Below the pieces are notes generated by a model. It made no database searches. It worked only from the letters and a program-made list of their open reading frames with translations, and was not told where the DNA came from. This document shows, piece by piece, positions 48,507 to 58,585 of a stretch of 64,000 nt of DNA. Position 1 is the stretch's first letter. Each line of letters opens with the position of its first letter. Source of the stretch: Paracoccaceae bacterium (GTDB lineage: Bacteria; Pseudomonadota; Alphaproteobacteria; Rhodobacterales; Rhodobacteraceae). The stretch lies in assembly GCA_009773055.1 (NCBI GenBank), contig WOUW01000010.1:2448-66447 (forward strand), read 5' to 3'. Both the position numbers and the translations under genes were made by a program.

Positions 48507-49409
48507 TTGGACGCGATAAGCTTTGTCTATCAGGCGCTGTTCGGGCCGGGCTTGGTCACAGCCCCGGTCTATCTGGCGCTGGCGGGGCTGGTGGCCTTTG
48601 TGGTCTACCGGCGGCAGGGGGCAGGTCAGGGCTTCTGGCGCTGGCTTTTCCCGGCGCGCATCTGGCGGCATCCTTCGCATCTGATTGACCTGCAGTTGTT
48701 CGTGCTTGGCCGGTTGCTGGCCGTGCTGGGAGTTTTTGGGGGTGTTGCCCTGACAACGCTGGTCGCGGTCTGGGTGGCGAGGGTGGTGCCCCCCCTGCTG
48801 CCCGCCGGGAGCCTGGGGCCGGTGGCTCTGGCCCTGGTTCTTTGGTTGCCGTCGGACTTTGCGCTGTACTGGACGCACCGGTTCTTTCACCGCTGGTCGG
48901 TGATCTGGCCCCTGCATGCCGTCCACCACAGCGCCGAGGTCATGACACCGTTCACCACCTACCGGCAGCACCCGTTGTCGCTTTTGCTGACAGACGGGGC
49001 GGTGGCCATTTTCGTAGGTCTTTGCCAGGGCCTGCTGATAGGGTCTTTGACCGAAGGAATGGCGGTTGCGGAAATTGCGGGGATCAACGTTTTCATCGTG
49101 CTGGCGAATGCGGGGCTTGCCGCCTTGCACCATTCGCACGTCTGGCTGAGCTATGGCCCGGTTCTGGAGCACATCCTGATCTCGCCCGCGCAGCACCAGA
49201 TCCACCACAGTGTCGATCCCGCGCATTACGGCAAGAACCTGGGCAATTCGTTGGCGATCTGGGACTGGATGTTCGGGACCCTCTACGTGATCCGGGGGAC
49301 CGAGCGGGTGATCTTCGGGCTGACCGAAGAAATGGAAAAGCCGCTGATGACGCAGCGGCTTTGGCCTGTCTTGTGGGACCCGGTCCGCAGGATGCTGCGG
49401 CTGGGCTGA
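48507..49409 (+). CDS. Sterol desaturase/fatty acid hydroxylase family protein
   Basis: His boxes HRFFH, HAVHH and HQIHH; WD..FGT. TTG start is uncertain. Confidence 0.85.
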   Translation: MDAISFVYQALFGPGLVTAPVYLALAGLVAFVVYRRQGAGQGFWRWLFPARIWRHPSHLIDLQLFVLGRLLAVLGVFGGVALTTLVAVWVARVVPPLLPAGSLGPVALALVLWLPSDFALYWTHRFFHRWSVIWPLHAVHHSAEVMTPFTTYRQHPLSLLLTDGAVAIFVGLCQGLLIGSLTEGMAVAEIAGINVFIVLANAGLAALHHSHVWLSYGPVLEHILISPAQHQIHHSVDPAHYGKNLGNSLAIWDWMFGTLYVIRGTERVIFGLTEEMEKPLMTQRLWPVLWDPVRRMLRLG

Positions 49410-49413
49410 GGGA

Positions 49414-49659
49414 TCAGTACTTGCCGGTCCCCGCCCCGTCCTCGGCATCGACAATCTCGGGCGCGCCCGCTTCGACCGGTTTCGCCTTGCCCTTCGCCAA
49501 GGCGAAGATCACTGCGCCGACCAGGACAAGGAGCAGGAGGCCCTCATTGCCATTGTCGTTGTCGACGGCCGGAGGCGGAGCAATAACGCCAGCATGGGCC
49601 GTAACGTAGGATGTAACCCAGGCTGCGGCCGAGGTGAGTGCGGTCGTAACTGTTTTCAT
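49414..49659 (-). CDS. Small hypothetical membrane protein
   Basis: 81 aa; leader plus one TM segment; purine-rich SD. Confidence 0.5.
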   Translation of the reverse strand: MKTVTTALTSAAAWVTSYVTAHAGVIAPPPAVDNDNGNEGLLLLVLVGAVIFALAKGKAKPVEAGAPEIVDAEDGAGTGKY

Positions 49660-49791
49660 TTCCTGTCCCTTTTCGCGTGTTCGCGTTTTGTTGTGTGAAG
49701 TGTAACAGCGGCCTGGAATATCTCAAGTCCCTGTCCGATTCCGGCTTTGACTTGACCCGCACAGCGGGTCTGCTAGGCAAAGGGCGGCTAC

Positions 49792-49868
49792 GGGCCTGTA
49801 GCTCAATTGGTTAGAGCAGGGCGCTCATAACGCCTTGGTTGGGGGTTCGAGTCCCTCCGGGCCTACCA
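49792..49868 (+). tRNA. tRNA with CAT anticodon, most likely tRNA-Ile2 (lysidine-modified)
   Basis: Acceptor GGGCCTG/CGGGCCT, TAGCTCA..TGGTTAGAGC D-arm, loop CTCATAA (CAT 49826-49828), GTTCGAGT T-arm and encoded CCA. It lacks initiator features. Confidence 0.92.
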
Positions 49869-49883
49869 GTTTTCCCTCCTGAC

Positions 49884-50852
49884 TTACGCCACCCGGTCGC
49901 GGGGGGTGCGGCCCTCGAAGAAGGCGGTCAGGTTTTCCAGCACGCGGAAACCCATCGCCTCGCGCGTTTCGCGGGTGGCCGAGCCGAGATGGGGCAAGAG
50001 GACCAGGTTGTCGGCGTTCAGAAGCGCGTCGGGGACAGAGGGTTCGCGTTCAAAGACGTCGAGGCCCGCGCCCGCGATGGTGCCGAACCAGAGGGATTGG
50101 GCGAGGGCGTGTTCGTCGACGACCTCTCCCCGCGCGGTATTGATGAGGTAGGCTGTGGGCTTCATCAGGTCTAGGCGGCGGGCGTTGATCAGGTGGCGGT
50201 TCGCCGTGCCGCCGGGGCAGTGGAGCGAGACGAAATCGCTTTCCGGGAGCAGATCCTCGATCGTCGGGACCTGGGTGGCGTTGTAGCGCGCAAGGACTTC
50301 AGGGGAAACCGGGGAGCGGTTCTGCACAAGGATCTTCATGCCAAAGCCGAAATGCGCCCGTTGGGCCATTGCCTGACCGATGCGGCCGAAGCCGATGATA
50401 CCAAGCGTCGCGCCCGAGACCTTGGTGCCGATCAGGTGCGTCGGGCGCCAGCCTGTCCAGCGACCCTCACGCAGTTCACGCTCGCCCTCCCCTGCCCGGC
50501 GGGCGACCATGAGAAGGAGCGTCATCGCGATGTCAGCGGTGCATTCTGACAGAACGTCGGGAGTGTTGGTGACCGCGATGCCGCGGGATTTCGCAGCTTC
50601 GGTGTCGATATGCGCAAAACCCACGCCGTAGTTGGCGAGAATGCGGGTCCGGGGGCTGGTGTCGAAGACAGCCGCCGGAAGCTTGTCGGTGACGGTGGGG
50701 AGGATGGCGTCATAGCGGTTCATCGCGTCGCGGAAGTCGGCCTGAGAAAGGGGATTGTCCGCGGTGTTCAGATCGACGTCGAAGGTCGCGGCCATCTGCG
50801 CCTCGACCGCTTGGGGCCAGCGCCGGGTGACCAGGACCTTGGGCTTCAGCAT
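49884..50852 (-). CDS. D-2-hydroxyacid dehydrogenase (glyoxylate/hydroxypyruvate reductase type)
   Basis: GVG...ID, NTPDVL, GFGRIG, INTARG, DVFE.EP and PHLGSAT. Confidence 0.88.
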   Translation of the reverse strand: MLKPKVLVTRRWPQAVEAQMAATFDVDLNTADNPLSQADFRDAMNRYDAILPTVTDKLPAAVFDTSPRTRILANYGVGFAHIDTEAAKSRGIAVTNTPDVLSECTADIAMTLLLMVARRAGEGERELREGRWTGWRPTHLIGTKVSGATLGIIGFGRIGQAMAQRAHFGFGMKILVQNRSPVSPEVLARYNATQVPTIEDLLPESDFVSLHCPGGTANRHLINARRLDLMKPTAYLINTARGEVVDEHALAQSLWFGTIAGAGLDVFEREPSVPDALLNADNLVLLPHLGSATRETREAMGFRVLENLTAFFEGRTPRDRVA

Positions 50853-50866
50853 CTTCCCCTCCCCCA

Positions 50867-51760
50867 TCACGCGGCGCGTTTGGCCATGACCTTCGCGACG
50901 GTTTCGCCGATGATCGAAGGGTTCTCGGCCACTGTGACGCCCGCGGCGGTCAGGATTTCCACCTTTTCCGACGCGCTTTCCCCGAAGGCCGAGATGATTG
51001 CACCCGCATGGCCCATGGTGCGGCCCTTCGGCGCAGTCAGGCCCGCGATGTAAGCGATGACGGGCTTGGTCATATGCTCCTGAATATAGGCGGCGGCTTC
51101 GGCTGCCTGCGGGCCGCCGATCTCACCGATCATGCAGACGATGTGGGTGTCGAGGTCGGCCTCGAACCGTTCGAGAATATCGCGGAAGGAAGAGCCGTTG
51201 ATCGGGTCGCCGCCGATGCCGACGGAGGTCGAGACGCCGATGCCACGGTCTTTCAGCTGCTGGGCGGCCTCATACCCCAAAGTGCCCGAGCGGCTGACGA
51301 TCCCGACGTTGCCTTGAAGGTAGATGTGGCCGGGCATGATGCCGAGGATGGCCTTGCCGGGGCTGATGGTTCCGGCGCAGTTGGGGCCGGTGAGGACCAT
51401 GCGGCGTTCGCGGGGGTAGCGCATCATGTAGCGCTTTACCCGGATCATGTCCTGCGCGGGGATGCCGTCGGTGATGCAGACGCAGTAGCGGATGCCCCCG
51501 TCAGCGGCTTCCATGATGCTGTCGGCAGCAAAGGGCGGCGGCACGAAAACGAGGGAGGTGTCGCAGGCAGTGGCGGCGGCGGCCTCTTTCATCGTGTTGA
51601 ACACGGGGATGCCCATGACGGTTTCGCCGCCCTTGCCGGGCACGACGCCCGCGACGACGTTGGTGCCATAATCGAGCATTTCCTTCGTATGGAACTGCGC
51701 CATGCGGCCAGTGATACCTTGCACGACGACGCGGCTGGAACGGTCGAGAAAGATGCTCAT
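50867..51760 (-). CDS. mtkB: Malate--CoA ligase alpha subunit (SucD paralog)
   Basis: QGITG, GPNCAG, SRSGTL.YE, GEIGG and MGHAGA; follows a MtkA-like gene. Confidence 0.75.
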   Translation of the reverse strand: MSIFLDRSSRVVVQGITGRMAQFHTKEMLDYGTNVVAGVVPGKGGETVMGIPVFNTMKEAAAATACDTSLVFVPPPFAADSIMEAADGGIRYCVCITDGIPAQDMIRVKRYMMRYPRERRMVLTGPNCAGTISPGKAILGIMPGHIYLQGNVGIVSRSGTLGYEAAQQLKDRGIGVSTSVGIGGDPINGSSFRDILERFEADLDTHIVCMIGEIGGPQAAEAAAYIQEHMTKPVIAYIAGLTAPKGRTMGHAGAIISAFGESASEKVEILTAAGVTVAENPSIIGETVAKVMAKRAA

Positions 51761-52950
51761 CAGACGGCCCTCATCATTTGCTTGCGGTCGTTCTTCCAGG
51801 CGATCACGGCGCGCTCGGCGGCCTCCATCAGCGTGTTGGCGCGGATGATCGGCAGGCCGGATTGCGCAAGGATCTTCTGGCCTTCCTCGACGTTGGTGCC
51901 CGAAAGGCGAACGATCACGGGCACGTCCACGGGTTCGGCCTTAAGGGCTTGGACGACGCCTTCGGCGACCCAGTCGCAGCGGTTGATACCGGCGAAGATG
52001 TTGACCAGCACCGCCTGCACATTCTTGTCGGACATGACCAGGCGGAAGGCCTTGGCCACGCGTTCGGGGGTCGCCCCACCACCGATGTCGAGGAAGTTGG
52101 CGGGCTCACCCCCGGCCAACTTGATCGTGTCCATCGTCGCCATGGCCAGGCCTGCACCATTGACGATGCAGCCGATGTTGCCCGAAAGGCCGATGTAGGC
52201 GAGGCCCCGGTCGGCGGCGCGGCTTTCGCGTGGGTCTTCTTGCGATTTGTCGCGAAGTTCCGCGATCTGCGGATGGCGGAAAAGCGCGTTGGTGTCGAAA
52301 GTCATCTTCGCGTCCAGTGCGAGGATGCGGTTGTCGTTGGTCACGACGAGCGGGTTGATTTCCACCATGGTCGCGTCAAGTTCGCGGAAGGCGCGGTAGC
52401 AGCCCAGCAAGGTGCGGACCATCGCCTGGGTCAGCGCGGGCGGGATGCCCAGCTTGTAGGCAATCTCGCGTGCCTGGAATTCCTGCAGGCCGACGGCAGG
52501 TTCGACAGTCGAGCGGACGATCGAGTCGGGGCGCGAGGCCGAGATATCCTCGATCTCCATCCCGCCTTCGGAAGAGGCGACGATCATCACCCGCTGCGAG
52601 GTGCGGTCGAGAACGAAGCCAAGGTAGATCTCGCGGCCGAAGTCCACGGCGGCCTCGACGTAGACGCGGTAGATGCCCTTGCCTTCGGGTCCCGTCTGAT
52701 GGGTGACGATCTTCTGGCCGAACATGCCTTCGGTCGCTTCGTGGATCTCGTTTTCCGAGGCGCAAAGCTTGACGCCCCCGGCTTTGCCGCGCCCTCCGGC
52801 ATGGACCTGGGCTTTGACGACCCAGCGGTCGCCGCCAAGTTCGCGCGCCCGGTAGGCGGCCTGTTCAGGGCTGTAGGCAAGCGCCCCGGGAGGCACGGCC
52901 ACGCCGAAACGGGCGAGGATTTCCTTGGCCTGGTATTCGTGAATGTCCAT
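51760..52950 (-). CDS. mtkA: Malate--CoA ligase beta subunit (SucC paralog)
   Basis: [21 protein letters not shown] and [11 protein letters not shown]; [14 protein letters not shown] is of the MtkA type, whereas SucC has NIFGGI.RCD.IA. Confidence 0.8.
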   Translation of the reverse strand: MDIHEYQAKEILARFGVAVPPGALAYSPEQAAYRARELGGDRWVVKAQVHAGGRGKAGGVKLCASENEIHEATEGMFGQKIVTHQTGPEGKGIYRVYVEAAVDFGREIYLGFVLDRTSQRVMIVASSEGGMEIEDISASRPDSIVRSTVEPAVGLQEFQAREIAYKLGIPPALTQAMVRTLLGCYRAFRELDATMVEINPLVVTNDNRILALDAKMTFDTNALFRHPQIAELRDKSQEDPRESRAADRGLAYIGLSGNIGCIVNGAGLAMATMDTIKLAGGEPANFLDIGGGATPERVAKAFRLVMSDKNVQAVLVNIFAGINRCDWVAEGVVQALKAEPVDVPVIVRLSGTNVEEGQKILAQSGLPIIRANTLMEAAERAVIAWKNDRKQMMRAV

Positions 52951-52963
52951 TCGGTCCTCCCGG

Positions 52964-54211
52964 TTATTCGGCAGCGATTGCAGAAGCGTAGTGTCGTTCG
53001 ATCACGGTCATCGCGGCGTCGAGATCGACGTCGGCACCCATGGCGCTCATCTCGGCGGCAAAGCGGGTGACGATTTCGGTGATCGCGGCTGCGCTGAGTT
53101 GGTTCAGAATGCCGATGCGGACCTGCACGGGTTCCGACAGCGTCGGCCAGATGCCGAAGCCCTTGGCGCGGGCATTCTGCACCAGTTCCTTCTCGCGGCC
53201 GGCAAGGCTGGCTGGCAGGTTCAGCACGACGAGGCTGGTCATGTTCGAGGTGACCTCGCAGCCAAGCGCCTGCACGGCGGCACGCAGGGCGGCTTCGTGG
53301 TGGGCGTAGTCTGCGGCCTTCTGGGTGCGGCCGTGCTGCAGGTTGATGCGCAGCGCCTCGTGGAAGGCCGCGACGGCATAGCCGGAATGGGTGCGGTGGT
53401 AGGTGCCCGCTGCGGTGTCTTTGCCGTCAACGATGCCCCAATGGCGGGCCTCGAAGATCGGGTTGTGGACGAAGGTGTAGCAGCCGTTTTCGCGCAGGTG
53501 AGCGATGTAGCGGTCGGTGAAGCTGACAGGGGCGTAGGTCAAGGGCAGGCAGAGGACGCCCTTCTGCGGGCAGGAGGCCCAGCCGACCACGCCGGGGAAG
53601 TCGTCGATGGCGAAGTCTTCGATGCCAAGGGAGGAGACGGCATCGATGAGACCCATCACGTTGTGGCGAAGGCAGGCGTCGGAGAAGCCCTGCAGATCGT
53701 TGATCCGGCCCGAGCCGGTTTCCCAATGCGCCATGACGGCCCAGGTGGGTTTGTGCTGGGCCAGGGCTTGTTCGATGACCTCGGCAGTGACCGACTGGCC
53801 GTGCGGGACGGTGATAACCGTGACGCTGGAGGGCTTGGGGTCAAGCGCGTTGGCCTTCAGGTCCTCACGCGTTGCCGCCCGGGTGCGGACGGTCAGTGCG
53901 TCGATGCCGGAGAACGTGCCGTTGACGAAGCAGACGACGCTGTCACCCGGCAGAATGGCCGAGAAGAGGGCGTCAAGACCGCTCCACCCCGTGCCGGCAA
54001 CGCCGAAGGTATAGGTGTTCTTGGTGCCCCAGACGCGCCGCAGCATGTGCTTGCATTCGATCATCCCGCGCAGGACGTCGGCCTGCATGTGGTCGGCGAG
54101 GCCTGCGTCGGCGAAAGCGGCAAGCACCCGCGCATCGGTGTTGCCAGGGCCCGGGCCGGCGGCCAGAGTCTCTGGAATCACAAGTTGCGGGAAAACTTCT
54201 GTGTCAGTCAT
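52964..54211 (-). CDS. Class V PLP aminotransferase (serine/alanine-glyoxylate aminotransferase-like, divergent)
   Basis: GPGP, NGTF, HWETGSG, DAVSSLG, PQKG (PLP Lys) and RIG. Confidence 0.8.
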   Translation of the reverse strand: MTDTEVFPQLVIPETLAAGPGPGNTDARVLAAFADAGLADHMQADVLRGMIECKHMLRRVWGTKNTYTFGVAGTGWSGLDALFSAILPGDSVVCFVNGTFSGIDALTVRTRAATREDLKANALDPKPSSVTVITVPHGQSVTAEVIEQALAQHKPTWAVMAHWETGSGRINDLQGFSDACLRHNVMGLIDAVSSLGIEDFAIDDFPGVVGWASCPQKGVLCLPLTYAPVSFTDRYIAHLRENGCYTFVHNPIFEARHWGIVDGKDTAAGTYHRTHSGYAVAAFHEALRINLQHGRTQKAADYAHHEAALRAAVQALGCEVTSNMTSLVVLNLPASLAGREKELVQNARAKGFGIWPTLSEPVQVRIGILNQLSAAAITEIVTRFAAEMSAMGADVDLDAAMTVIERHYASAIAAE

Positions 54212-54479
54212 GCGGCGCCCCTCCCAAGGCCTTTGACGTCTTTGGACTTCGGTCTGGGCCAAACCTGCGACCGTTCCGGGTGCAGCGGAAGAAAGGGTCG
54301 CGGGGTTTGTCTCAAACGTTGGTCCTGGTGCCTAGAAGAACGGCAGTCGACAAATGTAACAACATTCCTATATCCTGCTTTTGGATATCTAATTGGATAG
54401 GGTTATACCTACCCATATCGGCGGATATGCTGCATTGCGGAAAAATAGCCCCACCCAAGCGGGTAGGGAGGACGGGTTG

Positions 54480-55127
54480 ATGGCGCTTTGGGACAATGAG
54501 CGGAAGATGGTAGCGGTAACGCTGATGCTGGCGGACGGAAACCCGCTGATGCTGACGGCACTGTCGGAAATCTTCGAGAAGGACCCCCGATTCTCTCTGG
54601 TCGCCACGGCGGCAACGGCCGAAGGGTTCCTTGGCATGGTGATGCGAATGCCGGTGCAGGTGGGGGTGATCGACTGGAACCTGCCAGCCCTTGGGGGCGC
54701 GCGGCTGATTGACGTGCTGCGGGCGCAACCCAATGCGCCGCGGCTCGTTGTTTATGCCGAGGATAGTGGGGACATCCCGCGCAAGGCGATGGCGGCGGGG
54801 GCGGCGGGGTTCGTCTCGCGCTCCGAATCGGTGGACCGGCTGGTCGAGACCTGTGCGGCAGTGGCGAAGGGGCAGATGGTGTTCCCCTTCCTCGACATAC
54901 GGGGGTTGAAGCAGGACCCGATTGAATCGCTGTCCCCGCGGGAGAGGACGCTGCTGGAGGCGTTGTCGAAAGGCCTGACCAACCGGGAACTCGCGCGCGA
55001 CCTTGAGATCAGCGAGAACACGGTGAAATTCCACCTGTCGAACCTGTTCGAGAAGCTGTCCGTGAAGAACCGCGCGCAGGCTATTGCATTTTACTATGCC
55101 AACCGGGCCACGCGCGGAGAGATGTGA
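54480..55127 (+). CDS. NarL/LuxR-type response regulator with atypical receiver
   Basis: Receiver (LADGN...IDW.LP) plus HTH LSPRE..L...G.TN..LA..L.ISENTVKFH. Confidence 0.88.
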   Translation: MALWDNERKMVAVTLMLADGNPLMLTALSEIFEKDPRFSLVATAATAEGFLGMVMRMPVQVGVIDWNLPALGGARLIDVLRAQPNAPRLVVYAEDSGDIPRKAMAAGAAGFVSRSESVDRLVETCAAVAKGQMVFPFLDIRGLKQDPIESLSPRERTLLEALSKGLTNRELARDLEISENTVKFHLSNLFEKLSVKNRAQAIAFYYANRATRGEM

Positions 55128-55211
55128 CACTGCATTTTCCGGCTTGACGAAGGGCCCCGCCTTCGCCGATGCCTATCCCCGGGTGCAGCTCCTATCTTCA
55201 GGAGCCCAAAC

Positions 55212-56189
55212 ATGTCTTTCCACATCATCACGCAGGCGCCCGCGCGCCTGAACCGCAGCGAGCTGGCCGTTCCGGGCAGTGCCCCCCAGATGTTCGAAAA
55301 GGCCGCCGCTTCGGACGCGGACGTGATCTTCCTCGACCTGGAGGACGCTGTTGCGCCGGACGACAAGCCGCAGGCGCGGAAGAACATCATCAAGGCGCTG
55401 AACGAGATCGACTGGGGCAAGAAGACCATGTCGGTGCGGATCAACGGGTTGGATACCCATTTCATGTACCGGGATGTGGTCGACGTGGTGGAGCAGGCGG
55501 GCGAGCGGCTGGACCTGATCATGATCCCGAAGGTCGGGACGGCGGCGGATGTCTATGCCGTCGACATGATGGTGACGCAGATCGAGGACGCGAAGGGCTA
55601 CAAAAAGCGGATCGGGTTCGAGCATATCATCGAGACGGCCTTGGGGATGCAGAACGTGACCGAGATCGCGGGGGCGTCGAAGCGGAATGAATCGCTGCAC
55701 TTCGGGGTGGCGGATTATGCGGCCTCGACCCGGGCGCGGACGACGATCATCGGCGGGGTGAACCCGGATTATTCGGTGCTGACCGACAAGCTGGAGGACG
55801 GCAGCCGCGCGGTGCACTGGGGCGACATGTGGCACTACGCTCTGGCCCGGATGGTGGTTGCAGCGCGGGCCAGCGGGTTGCGCCCCGTGGATGGACCGTT
55901 CGGGGACTTCTCGGACCCGGATGGCTATCGGGCGGCGGCGAAGCGCGCGGCGGTCCTGGGGTGCGAAGGGAAGTGGGCGATCCACCCCAGCCAGATCGCG
56001 CTCGCCAACGAGGTGATGAGCCCTTCCGAAGCCGAGGTAACCCGCGCGAACCGCATCCTTGAAGCGATGGCGCAGGCAGCGGCCGAGGGCAAGGGCGCGG
56101 TGTCGCTGGATGGGCGGCTCATCGACTATGCGTCGATCCGGCAGGCCGAGGTGCTGGTGCAGAAGGCGCGGCAGATTTCGGGGGCCTGA
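55212..56189 (+). CDS. mcl: L-malyl-CoA lyase
   Basis: RSELAVPGS, DLEDAVAPDDK, RINGLDT, IPKVG, IETA.G, GVADYAAS and GKWAIHP.QI. Confidence 0.88.
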   Translation: MSFHIITQAPARLNRSELAVPGSAPQMFEKAAASDADVIFLDLEDAVAPDDKPQARKNIIKALNEIDWGKKTMSVRINGLDTHFMYRDVVDVVEQAGERLDLIMIPKVGTAADVYAVDMMVTQIEDAKGYKKRIGFEHIIETALGMQNVTEIAGASKRNESLHFGVADYAASTRARTTIIGGVNPDYSVLTDKLEDGSRAVHWGDMWHYALARMVVAARASGLRPVDGPFGDFSDPDGYRAAAKRAAVLGCEGKWAIHPSQIALANEVMSPSEAEVTRANRILEAMAQAAAEGKGAVSLDGRLIDYASIRQAEVLVQKARQISGA

Positions 56190-56197
56190 GGCCCCCG
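56179..56197. terminator. GC hairpin at the convergent mcl/acyltransferase junction
   Basis: CGGGGGCC-TGA-GGCCCCCG with the mcl stop codon as loop; no long U-tract. Confidence 0.45.
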
Positions 56198-56199
56198 GT

Positions 56200-57123
56200 T
56201 CACCAGCGGATATGCTCGGGCCAGACGTAGTGTTCGTCCGGCTCGGGCAGCGCGGGCGAGGCCAAGGCCATGGACCGGCGGCGCAGCGTGATGGTGACTT
56301 CGTCGCGAGGCAGGCTGCGCAGCTCCTCAGCGCTGATCGGCGCGCCGACGGTGATGTCTACCGGGCGCTGCATCCGGCGGCGCGTTTCGTGGAAAATCAA
56401 TGCGATCCGCAGCGGATAAGACGTGTGACTTGCGATCTGGAACAGGCGCGAGTTCTGGCCGGCGAAATGCAGGGGCAGCGTGGTGACCCCCGGGATGGTG
56501 GCCAGACGCGCGACAAAGGGATGCCAGGGCGCATCGACAGCGCGGCCCCGCAGCGGACGGTTCGCAGTCGCGACACCGCCGGCCGGGAAGATCGCGACGA
56601 CCTTGCCCTGAGCGAGTAGATCGGCGGCGCGACGGCGGGTCTCGCCGGTCAGACGACGGGCTTCAGGCGTGCCAGAGAAATCGACCGGCAGAAGGTGCGG
56701 GTCGATCTCGGGCACCCGGCACAGAAGGCTGTTGGTCATGATCCGCACGTTGCCGCGCAACCGCATGCCGATGTGGCCAAGCGTCAGACCGTCCACGACG
56801 CCGAAGGGATGGTTGGCAACCAGCAGGAGCCCGCCGGTTTCAGGGACCAGATCCAGATTCTCGGCCCCGCTGGCGATGCGCGGGGTGATGGACAGCTTGC
56901 GCAGTGCCGCGTCGAAAACCGGCTCACCCGGGCGCTTGTCGCAGATCACCCAATCGACATAGAGGCGACGCAAGGTGGGCTGGCCCGTCGCCATTTCGAT
57001 CGACCGGATCAGCGCACGGCGGAACGGCGACTGGCCGGGATGGGAATAGGTGAATCCGACCGGAGGCGAAATCGGAGCCTGGTCGAAGGTCAGAAAGTCG
57101 CTGTCAATCGTGTCGGAGGTCAT
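56200..57123 (-). CDS. Lysophospholipid acyltransferase family protein
   Basis: ANHPFG..DG (HX4D), IFPAG and G.NS..FQ. Confidence 0.85.
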   Translation of the reverse strand: MTSDTIDSDFLTFDQAPISPPVGFTYSHPGQSPFRRALIRSIEMATGQPTLRRLYVDWVICDKRPGEPVFDAALRKLSITPRIASGAENLDLVPETGGLLLVANHPFGVVDGLTLGHIGMRLRGNVRIMTNSLLCRVPEIDPHLLPVDFSGTPEARRLTGETRRRAADLLAQGKVVAIFPAGGVATANRPLRGRAVDAPWHPFVARLATIPGVTTLPLHFAGQNSRLFQIASHTSYPLRIALIFHETRRRMQRPVDITVGAPISAEELRSLPRDEVTITLRRRSMALASPALPEPDEHYVWPEHIRW

Positions 57124-57228
57124 TGCGCCGGGGGTCCTCGGACGAGAAGTGTTGTCGGACGGATTTAGCAAGCCCGGATGACAGGCGGGCGTCAGCGATA
57201 TGACACTTGCGCAACGAAAGCAGCGCGA

Positions 57229-57585
57229 TCAATCAACGGGGATGAGCGCAACGGCGACGCGACGGCCTTCGCCAAGAAGCACGTTGTAGGTGCGGGCCGC
57301 AGTCGGCGAGGCCATGATTTCCACCCCGATCCCCTGCCCTTCCAGCGCCTCGCAAAAGGCCTTGGGGACGGGGGCAATGTTTGTGCCGGTGCCGACGAAG
57401 AGGACGTCGATCCGGTCCACCAGCGACAGGGGCGTGGCGGTGTCGTCATAGCCGCCCCAGGGGCCGGCATCCCAGGGCGTGATCAGGCAGGGGCCGCGCA
57501 GCACATGGCCTGCCACGCGGAAAAAGCCAGGACCGTAGCCCTCGATCGCCTTGGCGCTGCCATAAGTGACTTCGGTGAGCCGCAT
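57229..57585 (-). CDS. Mth938/DUF498-like protein
   Basis: GTG, E.M.S..A.RTYNVL..EGR.VA. Confidence 0.88.
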   Translation of the reverse strand: MRLTEVTYGSAKAIEGYGPGFFRVAGHVLRGPCLITPWDAGPWGGYDDTATPLSLVDRIDVLFVGTGTNIAPVPKAFCEALEGQGIGVEIMASPTAARTYNVLLGEGRRVAVALIPVD

Positions 57586-57598
57586 CGCGGGATCCCGT

Positions 57599-58570
57599 TC
57601 AAGCTTCGACGTTGGCGAATTCGTTCTTGCCGGGCTTCTTGGGTGTATCGCCCCGGTCCACGCCCAGCATCAACACGATGTTCTTTGCCATGTAGAGCGT
57701 TGAGTAAGTGCCGAGAACAACCCCCAGCAGCATCGCGAAGACAAAACCGCGGATCACATCGCCGCCGAAGATGAACAGGACCAGAAGCGAGATGAACGTC
57801 GTCGAGGCGGTCATGATCGTGCGGCTGAGTGTCTCGTTCGCGGTGAGATTCATCATCTCGCGCAGCGGCATCTGCTTGTACTTCGCCAGGTTCTCGCGAA
57901 GCCGGTCGAAGATCACGACCGTGTCGTTGACCGAATAGCCGAGGATGGTGAGAAGCGCAGCCACAATGGTCAGGTCGAACTTTAGCTGAAAGAGGGCAAA
58001 GACGCCGACCGTCACCAGCACGTCGTGGATGAGGGCCGCGACTGTGCCGACGGCGAACTGCCATTCAAAGCGCACCCAGACGTAGAAGAGTATCCCGACT
58101 GCACCCGCCACCACGGCAAGGAGCGCCGAGGTGATCAGCTCTTGGCTGACCTTGGGGCCGACGGATTCGACCGAGGGGAAGGTGATGGCCGGGTCGATCT
58201 TCTGCAAGGCGGTCTCGACACTGGCAATCACTTCCGGGGTCACGGATTCCTCGCCTTCACGGGCGGAGAGGCGGATCATCGCGACATGCTGGTCGTCGCG
58301 GAAGGACGGGTCGAAGACCTCGGTGATCGAAACGTCGCCGGCGTCGATGCCGGAGAGCACTTTCCGATAGGCACCAATGTCCACCGGCAAGGTGGATTCG
58401 GTGCGGATCGTGGTCCCGCCCCGGAAGTCGATGCCGAAATTCAACCCCATGGTGAAGATCAGCACCAGCGAGGCGACCATCGCGAAGATTGATGTGCCGA
58501 AGGTCGCCCACTGAATGGCAAAGAAGTTGATGTTGGTCTTTTCGGGAACCAGTCGCAAGCGCCAGGCCAT
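57599..58570 (-). CDS. secF: Protein translocase subunit SecF
   Basis: GIDF.GG, VGP.VS, HD, GYS.NDTVV.FDR.RE and LSRTI.T. Confidence 0.96.
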   Translation of the reverse strand: MAWRLRLVPEKTNINFFAIQWATFGTSIFAMVASLVLIFTMGLNFGIDFRGGTTIRTESTLPVDIGAYRKVLSGIDAGDVSITEVFDPSFRDDQHVAMIRLSAREGEESVTPEVIASVETALQKIDPAITFPSVESVGPKVSQELITSALLAVVAGAVGILFYVWVRFEWQFAVGTVAALIHDVLVTVGVFALFQLKFDLTIVAALLTILGYSVNDTVVIFDRLRENLAKYKQMPLREMMNLTANETLSRTIMTASTTFISLLVLFIFGGDVIRGFVFAMLLGVVLGTYSTLYMAKNIVLMLGVDRGDTPKKPGKNEFANVEA

Positions 58571-58585
58571 TTCCATATCCTCCGG

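Noticed and set aside
49792-49868. tRNA-fMet call
   Set aside because: G1 pairs with U72 rather than a C1:A72 mismatch, and the anticodon stem lacks the three consecutive G-C pairs next to the loop; Ile2 is favoured, though elongator Met is not fully excluded.
50867-52950. Housekeeping sucCD
   Set aside because: Not in the mdh-sucCD-sucAB context, has an MtkA-type motif and is linked to mcl; kept as mtkAB with moderate confidence.
49792-56189. Genomic island integrated at the tRNA
   Set aside because: No integrase, no duplicated tRNA 3' end noticed, and composition matches the backbone.
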